Shown here: positions 33,550 through 42,436 of the stretch, piece by piece | Layout of the letters: the number at the start of each line of letters is the position of its first letter | Position numbering within the stretch: the stretch's first letter is position 1 | Source: a virus | Taxonomy: Duplodnaviria; Caudoviricetes | Reading direction: 5' to 3' (one strand) | DNA: 64,000 nucleotides | Virus record (IMG/VR): IMGVR_UViG_3300049988_000124 | Span: 96,001 to 160,000 of that record | The notes under the pieces: model-generated | The model's database searches: none | The model's input: the letters and a program-made list of their open reading frames with translations, nothing else | Told to the model about the DNA's origin: nothing | Program-made: the position numbers and the translations under genes

Positions 33550-34554
33550 TTACAGAAACAGGATCATGGTGCTCTTGATGATCAAGACCGCACTGCAGCA
33601 GATCTCGTAGACGATCTTGGCAGCAAGGAGGGCTAGCTTCAAACAGAAGCCGTAGAAGGCAACCGTGAGACCGATGTAGGATGCGTGACCCAGGAACTTG
33701 GAGCGGGTGACAGCATGGACCATGACGGGTGCCTGCTTGGTGAACTTGCGACCAGCCTCGAACGCCTTGGGGATACCCTTGACCACGAAGTTAGCGGCCT
33801 GGCGTGCAAAGACGCCGATCGTGCTGAAGGCTGAACGAACAACCGTTGCACTACCATTACAGACTTCGTTCACGGTCGGACCTGACCAACCAAGCGAGCG
33901 AGCAGTGCCCACGACTTTGGTCGGAATAGTTACCGGCGTAATGGTAACACCAGCCCTCGCCGTTGCTGCTGCTTTGATTCCACTACCTGGAAAAGGAATA
34001 GCGGATAGCATGTCCTTGATCTTACCGAAGAACGCCATGAACACTTCGCGGCTAGCCATACCACCTGGCATGCGAGAGCCACAAAAGGCAAGTACGGCCA
34101 TCGCTGCTGTAATAGCGGCGAGCGCCATCATCACTGTCTTGAAGGGATGGGCTTTGATCTCTTCGCCAGCCTCGATGACCTTGTCCTTCATCGAAGCTTT
34201 TACATCCTCAATGATGTCGAGGAGTTTGTCACCCACGGGCTTGAAAATCTCGAGGAGGTGATTGCCGACGTTCTTGAGAACGTTGATAACCTTGGCGGAC
34301 CAAGCCGCACTCTTCTCAGATGCTTCGTTAGTCAAAGCTTCAATAGCGAGATTGTCCTGGGCAATGTGGCCAGACATCGACTCAGTGGCAATCGCCATGA
34401 ACGATACCTGACTAAGAAGACCCGTTGCCTTCAGTACACTCAAAGTAGCAGGGGTGACCCCTTGCTGATCAATCGCGTGAATTGATTGAATAGTCTGCTC
34501 CAGCTTATCATGAGCCTGAAGCAGCATGTCGGTTTCTGCCGCCGTATAGGTCAT
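33550..34554 (-). CDS. Inner-head protein (paralog 4)
   Basis: Shares the second module with paralog 1 (GVTPAT..ATGLL, IATES, LAIEA, AAWS.K, AHPFK). Confidence 0.7.
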   Translation of the reverse strand: MTYTAAETDMLLQAHDKLEQTIQSIHAIDQQGVTPATLSVLKATGLLSQVSFMAIATESMSGHIAQDNLAIEALTNEASEKSAAWSAKVINVLKNVGNHLLEIFKPVGDKLLDIIEDVKASMKDKVIEAGEEIKAHPFKTVMMALAAITAAMAVLAFCGSRMPGGMASREVFMAFFGKIKDMLSAIPFPGSGIKAAATARAGVTITPVTIPTKVVGTARSLGWSGPTVNEVCNGSATVVRSAFSTIGVFARQAANFVVKGIPKAFEAGRKFTKQAPVMVHAVTRSKFLGHASYIGLTVAFYGFCLKLALLAAKIVYEICCSAVLIIKSTMILFL

Positions 34555-35315
34555 GACAGGGGAGTTCCTTCTGGTTCTTCGTGAAGGTGGGCGGGAAGAC
34601 CACGCAGGATGTTCTCGAAGGGCTGCGTCTCATCGACCTGCCACCGAAGAGCCGAGGTCATGCCCTGGTCACGGAAGTAGGAGCCGTTGATACGCGCAAT
34701 CGTCGAGGTGGGTGCCTGCGAGACACTGTTCAGTGCCACCATCTTGAATGGTTTGGTCTGATCAGTCAGACGGTACTGGATGGAGATCTTGTCACGGTCC
34801 CTGGACAAGTGAGCAATGATCCCCTCGAACACGGATGCGGACACACCGATACCCTGGCCAGTTAGCTCACGCGCATGAGCGAACAAGCGTAGCATGTCTT
34901 GGTACTGAAAGAAATAGGGTACCTTACCTTGCGTCACGAACTCAGACCAGAGAACGTAGACGATGTGTGGATCCTGAATAACCCGGTAGGACGTCATGAA
35001 CACATCACCTTCTTTCAGGTGCAACACCAGATACTCGATGTTGTTGTAGGTCATGCGTCCCATGTCGGAAGGGACGATCGTGAACGAGGCCAGGAGGTTC
35101 AAACCAACATGGTACTTGTTATCAAAGATCATGTCCATGACGCCGGGCGTCGTGACCGTGTCACCGATCGTCAAGGCATCATAGGCCTGGAACTTCAAGG
35201 GGATACGCAACTCCAGTGACTGACCAGTAAAGACCAGTGACTGGTTAGCCTCATCCTTCTTGAAGTAGGGTGTCGTAGTCGATAACGTTTGTAGTTTTTC
35301 TGGGTAGGGGCTCAT
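34551..35315 (-). CDS. Putative virion RNA polymerase beta-prime C-terminal subunit (phiKZ gp176 / SPN3US gp244-like)
   Basis: RIP, G..D.IFD..Y, GKVPYFF.Y.D..LF, FE.IIA..SRD..YR, V..TST.ARI.GSYF..G..SAL, FENILR pattern; lies near the gp175-like protease as in phiKZ. Confidence 0.65.
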   Translation of the reverse strand: MSPYPEKLQTLSTTTPYFKKDEANQSLVFTGQSLELRIPLKFQAYDALTIGDTVTTPGVMDMIFDNKYHVGLNLLASFTIVPSDMGRMTYNNIEYLVLHLKEGDVFMTSYRVIQDPHIVYVLWSEFVTQGKVPYFFQYQDMLRLFAHARELTGQGIGVSASVFEGIIAHLSRDRDKISIQYRLTDQTKPFKMVALNSVSQAPTSTIARINGSYFRDQGMTSALRWQVDETQPFENILRGLPAHLHEEPEGTPLS

Positions 35316-35550
35316 AGGACAAACCTTTGATAATCACTGATGGTATTTGATACTCATCAGGATAAGCGTAGCAGCTGACGTTAAATCCTTGATCCTCTAA
35401 CGATTCAATTAGATCATCGAGTGAGTCAAAGGACAGTGACCCTTCAACTTCGACGCAGAATCGGTGGATTTGATTTAACTCGACCATGTCGGCACGAATC
35501 TGTTTTGCTAGGTTGAAATCAACGACGTTGGAAGGCTGATCGTTTTCCAT
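35251..35550 (-). CDS. Small acidic hypothetical protein
   Basis: 99 aa with CAGGA SD; overlaps the next gene by 65 nt. Confidence 0.55.
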   Translation of the reverse strand: MENDQPSNVVDFNLAKQIRADMVELNQIHRFCVEVEGSLSFDSLDDLIESLEDQGFNVSCYAYPDEYQIPSVIIKGLSYEPLPRKTTNVIDYDTLLQEG

Positions 35551-35598
35551 GAACCAGTTTCCTGAACAAGTGTGTAAAACCGTAACAGTTATTCTTGG

Positions 35599-36870
35599 TT
35601 AAGCGCAGACGTAGTCGAAGAATTGAGCAGGCAGGTTAACACCCTGGCTGTGCTCGGTCACCAGTGCTGGGATGAACGAAGGATTGATGCTCTCGTCTTG
35701 GCGGTCAACGTCATAGTCCTGGTCAGACAAGAAGATCGACTTGCGATCAAAGGAATCAGACCAGATCAAGTAACTAGGACACAGACCACATCCGTAGTTC
35801 AGCATGCCCGACAATGGCCGCTTGGAAACTTCCTGGTAGAGCTTAGGCGTTCCGGTTGGAATCACGTCAGTTGCAACCGTGAACAGATTGGGATTGTTCA
35901 TGACCACGAGGAAGCTGTGATAATGGGCCAGGCGTGAGTGCTGGAATTCCTTGTTGGCCAGCGTTGCCACCGGCAGTGACGTCTTGTTCACGAACACCGC
36001 ATCATACGGGTCTGAATACTTCAGTGATGACTGCGATGCACCCACCCCGAAGCGGTCAGGCTTGTAGAGCGTGCGCGGGTTGTGGCGGAACTGCTGGATC
36101 AAGGGAAGCTTGTTCGTGTTGATCGAAACGTGGGTTGAATCCACGACGCCTAGAACCTGATGATCCCGGTGGTAGAAATATCCATCGATGACCGCGAAGA
36201 TTGACTTACCCAGAATAGAGGGAGTCGTGACCACCGCGCGCTTCTGATAGTCGGGCTTGGATACATTGGACTTGGTCATGGGAACGATCTTGTGACCACC
36301 CACAGCCTTGGTGTCAACGATCACGATGTCCTTGCGACCACTCAGACGAATGGTCCGAAAGCCGTCCATGACGTAGAGGACGTTTCCCAGGATCACGGTA
36401 CGGTGAAACACCCCGTTAATTGCGACCAGGTAATTGCTCATGTCCTCGTCAGACTTGATTGCTAGATCATCGAGCGTACCTTTGCGCTTGGGATCATTCT
36501 TTACATCGGGCGTATTAACCGAAGTAAAGTAGATCTCATAGTCCCCGTAAGCCAAGGGATTAAAGACCGAGAGCCTGCGGTCGTAGAGACCAGAGACGAG
36601 CTTTAGAGGAATGGTGTCGTTCTTGTAGCGAGCAACGAACAAGTCGGTGAGGAGCGAGTTCAACCCGGTACTAATCGGCTGGGTTAAATCAAGACCGGTG
36701 ACAGCGTTGAAGATTCGCCCCAGAGAAAGGCAGGAGAAGGTAAACACGTTCTTGCTGACCACAAGGTAGTGCTCGCCGTGAATAAAGGCTGAGAGGGGAC
36801 GGGTGAGGTCCTCTGACTCAATCAAGCGGTTGTTCTTGACCGTAACGGTCCGGGCAACAGTGTAGGGCAT
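35599..36870 (-). CDS. Conserved phiKZ-like virion structural protein
   Basis: NYLVAINGVFH..LYVMDG pattern; likely start MPYTV at 36870 with AGCGAGG SD. Confidence 0.6.
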   Translation of the reverse strand: MPYTVARTVTVKNNRLIESEDLTRPLSAFIHGEHYLVVSKNVFTFSCLSLGRIFNAVTGLDLTQPISTGLNSLLTDLFVARYKNDTIPLKLVSGLYDRRLSVFNPLAYGDYEIYFTSVNTPDVKNDPKRKGTLDDLAIKSDEDMSNYLVAINGVFHRTVILGNVLYVMDGFRTIRLSGRKDIVIVDTKAVGGHKIVPMTKSNVSKPDYQKRAVVTTPSILGKSIFAVIDGYFYHRDHQVLGVVDSTHVSINTNKLPLIQQFRHNPRTLYKPDRFGVGASQSSLKYSDPYDAVFVNKTSLPVATLANKEFQHSRLAHYHSFLVVMNNPNLFTVATDVIPTGTPKLYQEVSKRPLSGMLNYGCGLCPSYLIWSDSFDRKSIFLSDQDYDVDRQDESINPSFIPALVTEHSQGVNLPAQFFDYVCA

Positions 36871-36917
36871 TAAAACCTCGCTAATAGAGGATTCTGAAAT
36901 CATAAAATTGAGACAAA

Positions 36918-36950
36918 TCAGTGAGAGGGGCACATGGCCCCCCTCACCGA
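36918..36950. terminator. Imperfect GA-arm hairpin
   Basis: TCAGTGAGAGGGGC-ACATG-GCCCCCCTCACCGA after the 36960 stop. Confidence 0.55.
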
Positions 36951-36959
36951 CGGATATGG

Positions 36960-38654
36960 TTAGATAAATGTACCAACCTTGACATTGGTCGGGCAACCGT
37001 AGAGAACGTTCTTCACCGACGCATTGACGATGTTGAGGAACTCTACGATCACGACGGCATCCTTGTAGTTACCCGTCGTGTCACCGATGATGTTGAAGGC
37101 GTCCTTGTAGTTGGTCACCGGAATCGGTGCACTAACGAGCTGAGCGCCTGTCAAGACATCACGCACCACGAAGTGAGTCGGCACCTGCGGGAGGAGCGAG
37201 ACTTCCGGATCGTAGGGCGGGGTTGCTTGCGTATAAAACGAGTTCAGGAACGATGACAGATTCCCAAAGATCGAGCTCGGCACGAAATACTGCTTCTTGG
37301 CGGTATCGTAGTGCAGCGCAGGCCTGCGGGCTGTCGGAATGTCCTGCCCCAGAATGTAGGGCGAGCTGATTGCATCCTTGATCGTCCAGCGAACCAGACC
37401 ATTAGGAGCCCCGAACTGAATCACGATACCTTGCTGGTAGAGCGTGGTGACCGGATACGCAACAGGATCCACCGCGTTCATGTCAACGCCGATCGCGTAG
37501 ACCTGCTGTACCCCGAAGTAGGACGAGTCCGTCGTCAAGTTACCAACCGTGATCGTCACGAACGGCGTTACATCAATGTGGGTGCGACCATCGGCGAAGT
37601 AGAGCCAGTAGCGCATGATGTAGCGAGCAAGCGTTGAGTTATAGGTCGGGATGGGCAGGATCTTGTTGGTAACAGCAAAGTCATTGGGAATGACCGTCAC
37701 TGGTACATCGATTGAGATCATTGAACCCGTAGCATCACCCAGACCAGGGGCAATCGCTTCACTATCGGAGCGGTAGTATTTCACCGTCACGATCTGCTTC
37801 AGTCCAGCAAAAGCTGAGATGAAGTCGTCCTGACCATAAAGGATACACTTGGTACCATCAATGGTGGTAGCAGACGTGGAGCCATCATCGTAGACCACCG
37901 TGGCGGTCAAGCCGAGGGAGGCGAAGTCCTGCTTCTCGTAGACGAAGAAGGTACCATTGGCGAGCTGCTGGTGACCCGAGATCGTCATGCCGACGATGGT
38001 GGGCGCGTAGAGCACGTCCTCGTTGATGACCTGGGACTCAGTGGCAAAGAGAAGCGCTGAGAAGACCTCAGAACCATCCTCACTAAAGACCTTGACCTGG
38101 ACTTCCTCGTTGTGAGCGAGGGTAACGTTGACGTGACTGCGCGGCAGCCACCAGCTCGTGCGGCTACTATCGAGCGGGGCAAGCGGGATCATCTGGGAGA
38201 TGAGCATGCCCGTTGAGTCGTAATATTCCGAGATCACTGTAGCATCAGCGGTCCCAGGGTATCTGGTCAAGGTGTAGAAACGAGGAGACTTACCGATCAC
38301 GACGCACTTGGAGTCAGGGGTCACCGGGTAGGGCATACCCCTGCTATCCACGAACAAGCGAAGCGTGGTAGCACCGTAGTCCAGGATCGAGACAACGTTG
38401 TTGTTGTCTTTGGAGAACGTCACAGCCTCGTAGGTCGGGTAGAAGTTAACTTCATTCACCGAAGTGACCCGAAGGAGTGTTCCATCGGTGTCACTAACGA
38501 GTGAGTCCACAGCTGGAACGATCTTGGCACCGAGATAAGCGGCGTAGGTCGGATCATTCCACATCGGATCGTAGATCATGTTGCGTGCATAGACGCCCGG
38601 TGCCTGAGGCTTCAGGAGTGCCACCGGGGGCAGAATGGGATTGGGTGTTGTCAT
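36960..38654 (-). CDS. Virion structural protein (phiKZ gp26-like)
   Basis: 564 aa, VP.V..LV.D..G, RLFVDS..P, VISEYYD..G..IPL; position in the gp26-gp30 block. Confidence 0.7.
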   Translation of the reverse strand: MTTPNPILPPVALLKPQAPGVYARNMIYDPMWNDPTYAAYLGAKIVPAVDSLVSDTDGTLLRVTSVNEVNFYPTYEAVTFSKDNNNVVSILDYGATTLRLFVDSRGMPYPVTPDSKCVVIGKSPRFYTLTRYPGTADATVISEYYDSTGMLISQMIPLAPLDSSRTSWWLPRSHVNVTLAHNEEVQVKVFSEDGSEVFSALLFATESQVINEDVLYAPTIVGMTISGHQQLANGTFFVYEKQDFASLGLTATVVYDDGSTSATTIDGTKCILYGQDDFISAFAGLKQIVTVKYYRSDSEAIAPGLGDATGSMISIDVPVTVIPNDFAVTNKILPIPTYNSTLARYIMRYWLYFADGRTHIDVTPFVTITVGNLTTDSSYFGVQQVYAIGVDMNAVDPVAYPVTTLYQQGIVIQFGAPNGLVRWTIKDAISSPYILGQDIPTARRPALHYDTAKKQYFVPSSIFGNLSSFLNSFYTQATPPYDPEVSLLPQVPTHFVVRDVLTGAQLVSAPIPVTNYKDAFNIIGDTTGNYKDAVVIVEFLNIVNASVKNVLYGCPTNVKVGTFI

Positions 38655-41281
38655 TATACCAGAACCTCACTAATGGCCAGCTGTGCAGGAAGAAGCGTCA
38701 GCGAGATAAGCCGTTGTACCAATACCATTTGCGTGGCATTTGCCCCGGTGAGATTGGCGTAATGCGCCGCCAGCGTCACGAAGCGACGATCAAGAAGCGG
38801 GTTAGCCCGACCCAAGATCACATCTCGCTCGAGAAGGAGCTTGTAACCATCTAACTGCTTCAAGAACGCATCATCCTTGGCCTCATCAATCAGAACCAGT
38901 GTTCCATCAGCCACGTCTCGCACGATTCGGGCAAGGTAGGGACTATAGAGCGTGTACTGATCCGTGATGGTCACGAGCGCTGGGTAGACAGGCTTGGTGA
39001 GACGCAGGACCCGCGTGATACGCGTCCGCAGATTCTCCTCACTCACCGGACTGATCGTTGACAAGATCTTACCAACACCGTAGGGAACCGTCCACTCTAG
39101 AAGATAGGGTGAGCCATCCTTCAGGTTAGTCTGGGAGATCAGCGTGGTTCCATTCTCGGTGACCTTCTCAACGAGCTTACCGCGCACGAAAGCGCGACCA
39201 CAAGACGCACTCCAGGCCATCGGGGGTAGATCCCGGTGAAGCTTGTTCTGGATGGCGTAGCCCTTGTCAATCGAGACCGGCTTATCACCGTGAACGAGAA
39301 CTTCTAGAACATTGCCGCTACCGGCAAGATCCAGATACTCCTGATTGCTCACCTGCAAGATCTGCTGGAGCACATCACCATTGTCGCCGAGCACTGGCGT
39401 ACAGCTGTAATCGATATCCTCGATCAAGCGGTAACCATTGGTGTAGATCTCGATGATCTCAGAGCCAACAAGTGGGATGACCTGATTGTTGATGTCCTTC
39501 ATCTCGAGCGGCAGCACGATTGGCTGCTTAGCCTGGATCATGGCATCGAGCTCTACTACTTGCGTAGTCAGACCACAGATCGGCACCAGGTAGAACGCAT
39601 TGTTGTAGTGCGAGGTACTCACCTTGAAGGTAGAGGTGCCATTGCTGTTCTGCGTCACTCGGTAGTCAGCGGGGCTTACTGGAATTGTCCGGTATCCCTT
39701 GGTAGTGCTTCCACCAACAATGGTCTTGGGCGTGTCGTAGGGAACGACCTTGACTAAGCGGTAGTCATCGTGGGGTACCGTGATCGTCGGAACACTAAGG
39801 GTCGGGTTATAGGGGATAGCAGCGTTGCTACCGTCCTCAGTGATGTAGACCCCGATGCGGGTACCATGAGCAATGAAGCTGCCTGCCTTAAAGCCGAGCT
39901 TGACGCCACCACCACAATCCGTCAGACCAACGAAGTGGTGCGGAACTTTCCGGCCATCAGCGTAGACGATAACCTGACACGGAAAGTCAATGAGCCGAGC
40001 AGGCTTCGAGATCGTGACCTCACCACCTTTGTAGGTGTAGTAATGCATCGTCTCAGCCAGCGTGGAGGCAACGTTGTAATAGCCCATGGCATCAGTGTAG
40101 CGCTTGGCCAGGTTGGTGTCACCCAGATGATCGAAGTGGTAGAGAAGATCCAGGAACGCGGACTTCTCGAGGAACGATGCCTTCCACTCAGTGATCTGAT
40201 TCGCTGACATCCCAACGAGCTGCCGCTTGATCTCGGCATCACTCAAGGTGTAGAGATCCTTGATGTGATTGGTCTCATCCTGGAGACGCTGCGGATCTGT
40301 TGGGAAGCGCACGTAGAGACGCGCACTAACGCCCGTAGACCCCAGTGAGTTCTGGAAGACCTGGAGGTTGTTGCGACCGACCGAGAAGTCATTGTGGGTG
40401 ATGGACTCAACCGCGTGATCATCGATCTGATGACCATAGACACCGCGCCCAGTTGCTGGATCAAAGACCACCAGGGTCAAGGTATCGTTGGTGATCGTGA
40501 CGTTGTTGGGGTTGAGGGCCTTGGGGATGTGAAGGACCTCGCGGTACTCCTTGTAGCGCTCGCTGTAATAGCCCGTCACATTGTCATCGATCGCAAGCTC
40601 ACAGTAACCAGCAATGTCCGGATCACACGTGATCTGAACGATGTTACCAGGAGTAAGCGTTGGGTAACGATCAGGCGTGTACGTCCAGCCGTTGATGAAC
40701 AGGATGGTTCCTGCTGGATATTGCGCTTTAGCAGCAGCGATAGCCGCTGCAACATTAGCCGGTGACTGTGCTCCAGTTCCCACGGTCATCAGCTGCGTCA
40801 CCGTCGGCGTCAACCGCGTGGTGTCGTAGTAGACCGTCATGTAGAGCTTGGGGTAGGACTCACCGATGCAACCCGAGGTGAGATTGCGATCGATCGCCAC
40901 CAAGACGGTACCGCGCAGTGGATCAAAGCGTAGCCACACACCCCCTTCGGGGATCTTGCGACCGGAGGATGCATAGGTGGAGATCTGGACGTGGTCCTCG
41001 GCAAGGACGCTACTGTCCTTCACCCACTCGTGTGAGGGAAGAGAGGTAAACCGACCAAAAGCGTGAACAGCTACCCGGTACACTGCATAGACCTTGTCGG
41101 TGGTGGGAAGACCCACCACCGAATGGCCAACAGGAATGGAACCAGTTTGAAGCCGCTCAGCCGCCTTTGCTAAAGGAAAGTTTGCCCGACCATGATCATT
41201 GGTAGCGTTCCACACCTGATGGAAGTAAACGCTACCCAGATGATTCATCATCGCGCGAGACAGGGCTGACGGTAGTCTCAT
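38654..41281 (-). CDS. Virion structural protein (phiKZ gp27-like)
   Basis: 875 aa, QVWN, GVY.H..A..ITHND.S, KRY..A.GY, LYSP..I; size and synteny. Confidence 0.72.
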   Translation of the reverse strand: MRLPSALSRAMMNHLGSVYFHQVWNATNDHGRANFPLAKAAERLQTGSIPVGHSVVGLPTTDKVYAVYRVAVHAFGRFTSLPSHEWVKDSSVLAEDHVQISTYASSGRKIPEGGVWLRFDPLRGTVLVAIDRNLTSGCIGESYPKLYMTVYYDTTRLTPTVTQLMTVGTGAQSPANVAAAIAAAKAQYPAGTILFINGWTYTPDRYPTLTPGNIVQITCDPDIAGYCELAIDDNVTGYYSERYKEYREVLHIPKALNPNNVTITNDTLTLVVFDPATGRGVYGHQIDDHAVESITHNDFSVGRNNLQVFQNSLGSTGVSARLYVRFPTDPQRLQDETNHIKDLYTLSDAEIKRQLVGMSANQITEWKASFLEKSAFLDLLYHFDHLGDTNLAKRYTDAMGYYNVASTLAETMHYYTYKGGEVTISKPARLIDFPCQVIVYADGRKVPHHFVGLTDCGGGVKLGFKAGSFIAHGTRIGVYITEDGSNAAIPYNPTLSVPTITVPHDDYRLVKVVPYDTPKTIVGGSTTKGYRTIPVSPADYRVTQNSNGTSTFKVSTSHYNNAFYLVPICGLTTQVVELDAMIQAKQPIVLPLEMKDINNQVIPLVGSEIIEIYTNGYRLIEDIDYSCTPVLGDNGDVLQQILQVSNQEYLDLAGSGNVLEVLVHGDKPVSIDKGYAIQNKLHRDLPPMAWSASCGRAFVRGKLVEKVTENGTTLISQTNLKDGSPYLLEWTVPYGVGKILSTISPVSEENLRTRITRVLRLTKPVYPALVTITDQYTLYSPYLARIVRDVADGTLVLIDEAKDDAFLKQLDGYKLLLERDVILGRANPLLDRRFVTLAAHYANLTGANATQMVLVQRLISLTLLPAQLAISEVLV

Positions 41282-41328
41282 GTGCGGAATATCCCTGAGT
41301 TGGATTTTCTATAAACGAGTAACAGGAA

Positions 41329-42369
41329 TTAGATGTCAAAAAAACTAGGGGTCTTGACTACTTGACTGAGCACTTCCTTGCCTTCATTCAGAAGGTTCAA
41401 GTTCTTCATCGAGAAGGACAGACCAATACGCTCAGCGGAGAGGACCTGCATGATGAGGAACAAGAAGTAAGGCGGGTATTCCATGGCGATCGCCGCCACG
41501 GGCTTATCCGGCGTGATCGAGGCAAGCTTGGCATTCAGGACTGCTCGGCTGAGGCGAGCATTGTTCAGCTGATCATGGTCATAGGCGTCGATGACCTTGA
41601 AGACTTCCTCGAGCGTCTGGGGGACAGCCTTACCGAGAACGTCGTGCATCATGGCCAGAATCTGCTGGAGATCAGTACCCTGAGGCAGACCCAGCGGCTT
41701 GGCATGGGCTTTCATGAACGCCTCGGCGATGTCGATCGAGGTCATCTTGCCGATGTAGAAAGCACAGAAAATCGACTGCACAAATAGCTGAACATTGAGA
41801 GTCAGACCAAACAACTTGGCCAGATTCCCCCCTATGGTCATACTATAGACCTTGGCGACATAGCGTACAAGGGACGTGGATATCCAAGCGCTGCTTGTCG
41901 AGTTGTAGTAATGCCTCGACAAGAAATCCCGCACTACTCGGTTATAAAACCTCGATGCGTCGAGGAAGTCGCCGTTGGCTTTGGTGATATCCGTGATGTT
42001 GATGACCAGCTTGTCGTTCAGTTCGGGAATGAGCGATAATGTTCTGGTGGATGACGTTGTTGTCATCTCTTTCATTTGGAGGAGATCAATCGGGACGAAA
42101 GTTTGGTCTACCGCCTCGCGCAGCGCGACGGTTTTGCTGGGGAGCCGAAGGAGTGCAAACTCTTTGTCGACTCCCGACACATTGAGTCGGTATACGAGGT
42201 CACTTAACAACGAGTGACCGAAGAACCGTGTTTTGAATGCTTCGCTCGTTTTCTCGTGCGGAAGAATATAGGCTCGATTGTGGACGAGGAAATCCTCAAC
42301 ATCCTCAATCATCTTCGCGGGCATGAACGATGCTCCGCTGGGCGTTTGGTACACATTCTGTCGTCCCAT
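41329..42369 (-). CDS. phiKZ gp28-like protein
   Basis: 346 aa, divergent from the sheath gene, AIAMEYPPYF motif; synteny. Confidence 0.6.
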   Translation of the reverse strand: MGRQNVYQTPSGASFMPAKMIEDVEDFLVHNRAYILPHEKTSEAFKTRFFGHSLLSDLVYRLNVSGVDKEFALLRLPSKTVALREAVDQTFVPIDLLQMKEMTTTSSTRTLSLIPELNDKLVINITDITKANGDFLDASRFYNRVVRDFLSRHYYNSTSSAWISTSLVRYVAKVYSMTIGGNLAKLFGLTLNVQLFVQSIFCAFYIGKMTSIDIAEAFMKAHAKPLGLPQGTDLQQILAMMHDVLGKAVPQTLEEVFKVIDAYDHDQLNNARLSRAVLNAKLASITPDKPVAAIAMEYPPYFLFLIMQVLSAERIGLSFSMKNLNLLNEGKEVLSQVVKTPSFFDI

Positions 42370-42436
42370 GTTGGGAACCTCCTCACGGACGTTAAAAGTT
42401 CAGTCATAAGATTTGTTTAAACACGAAAGGACTACC

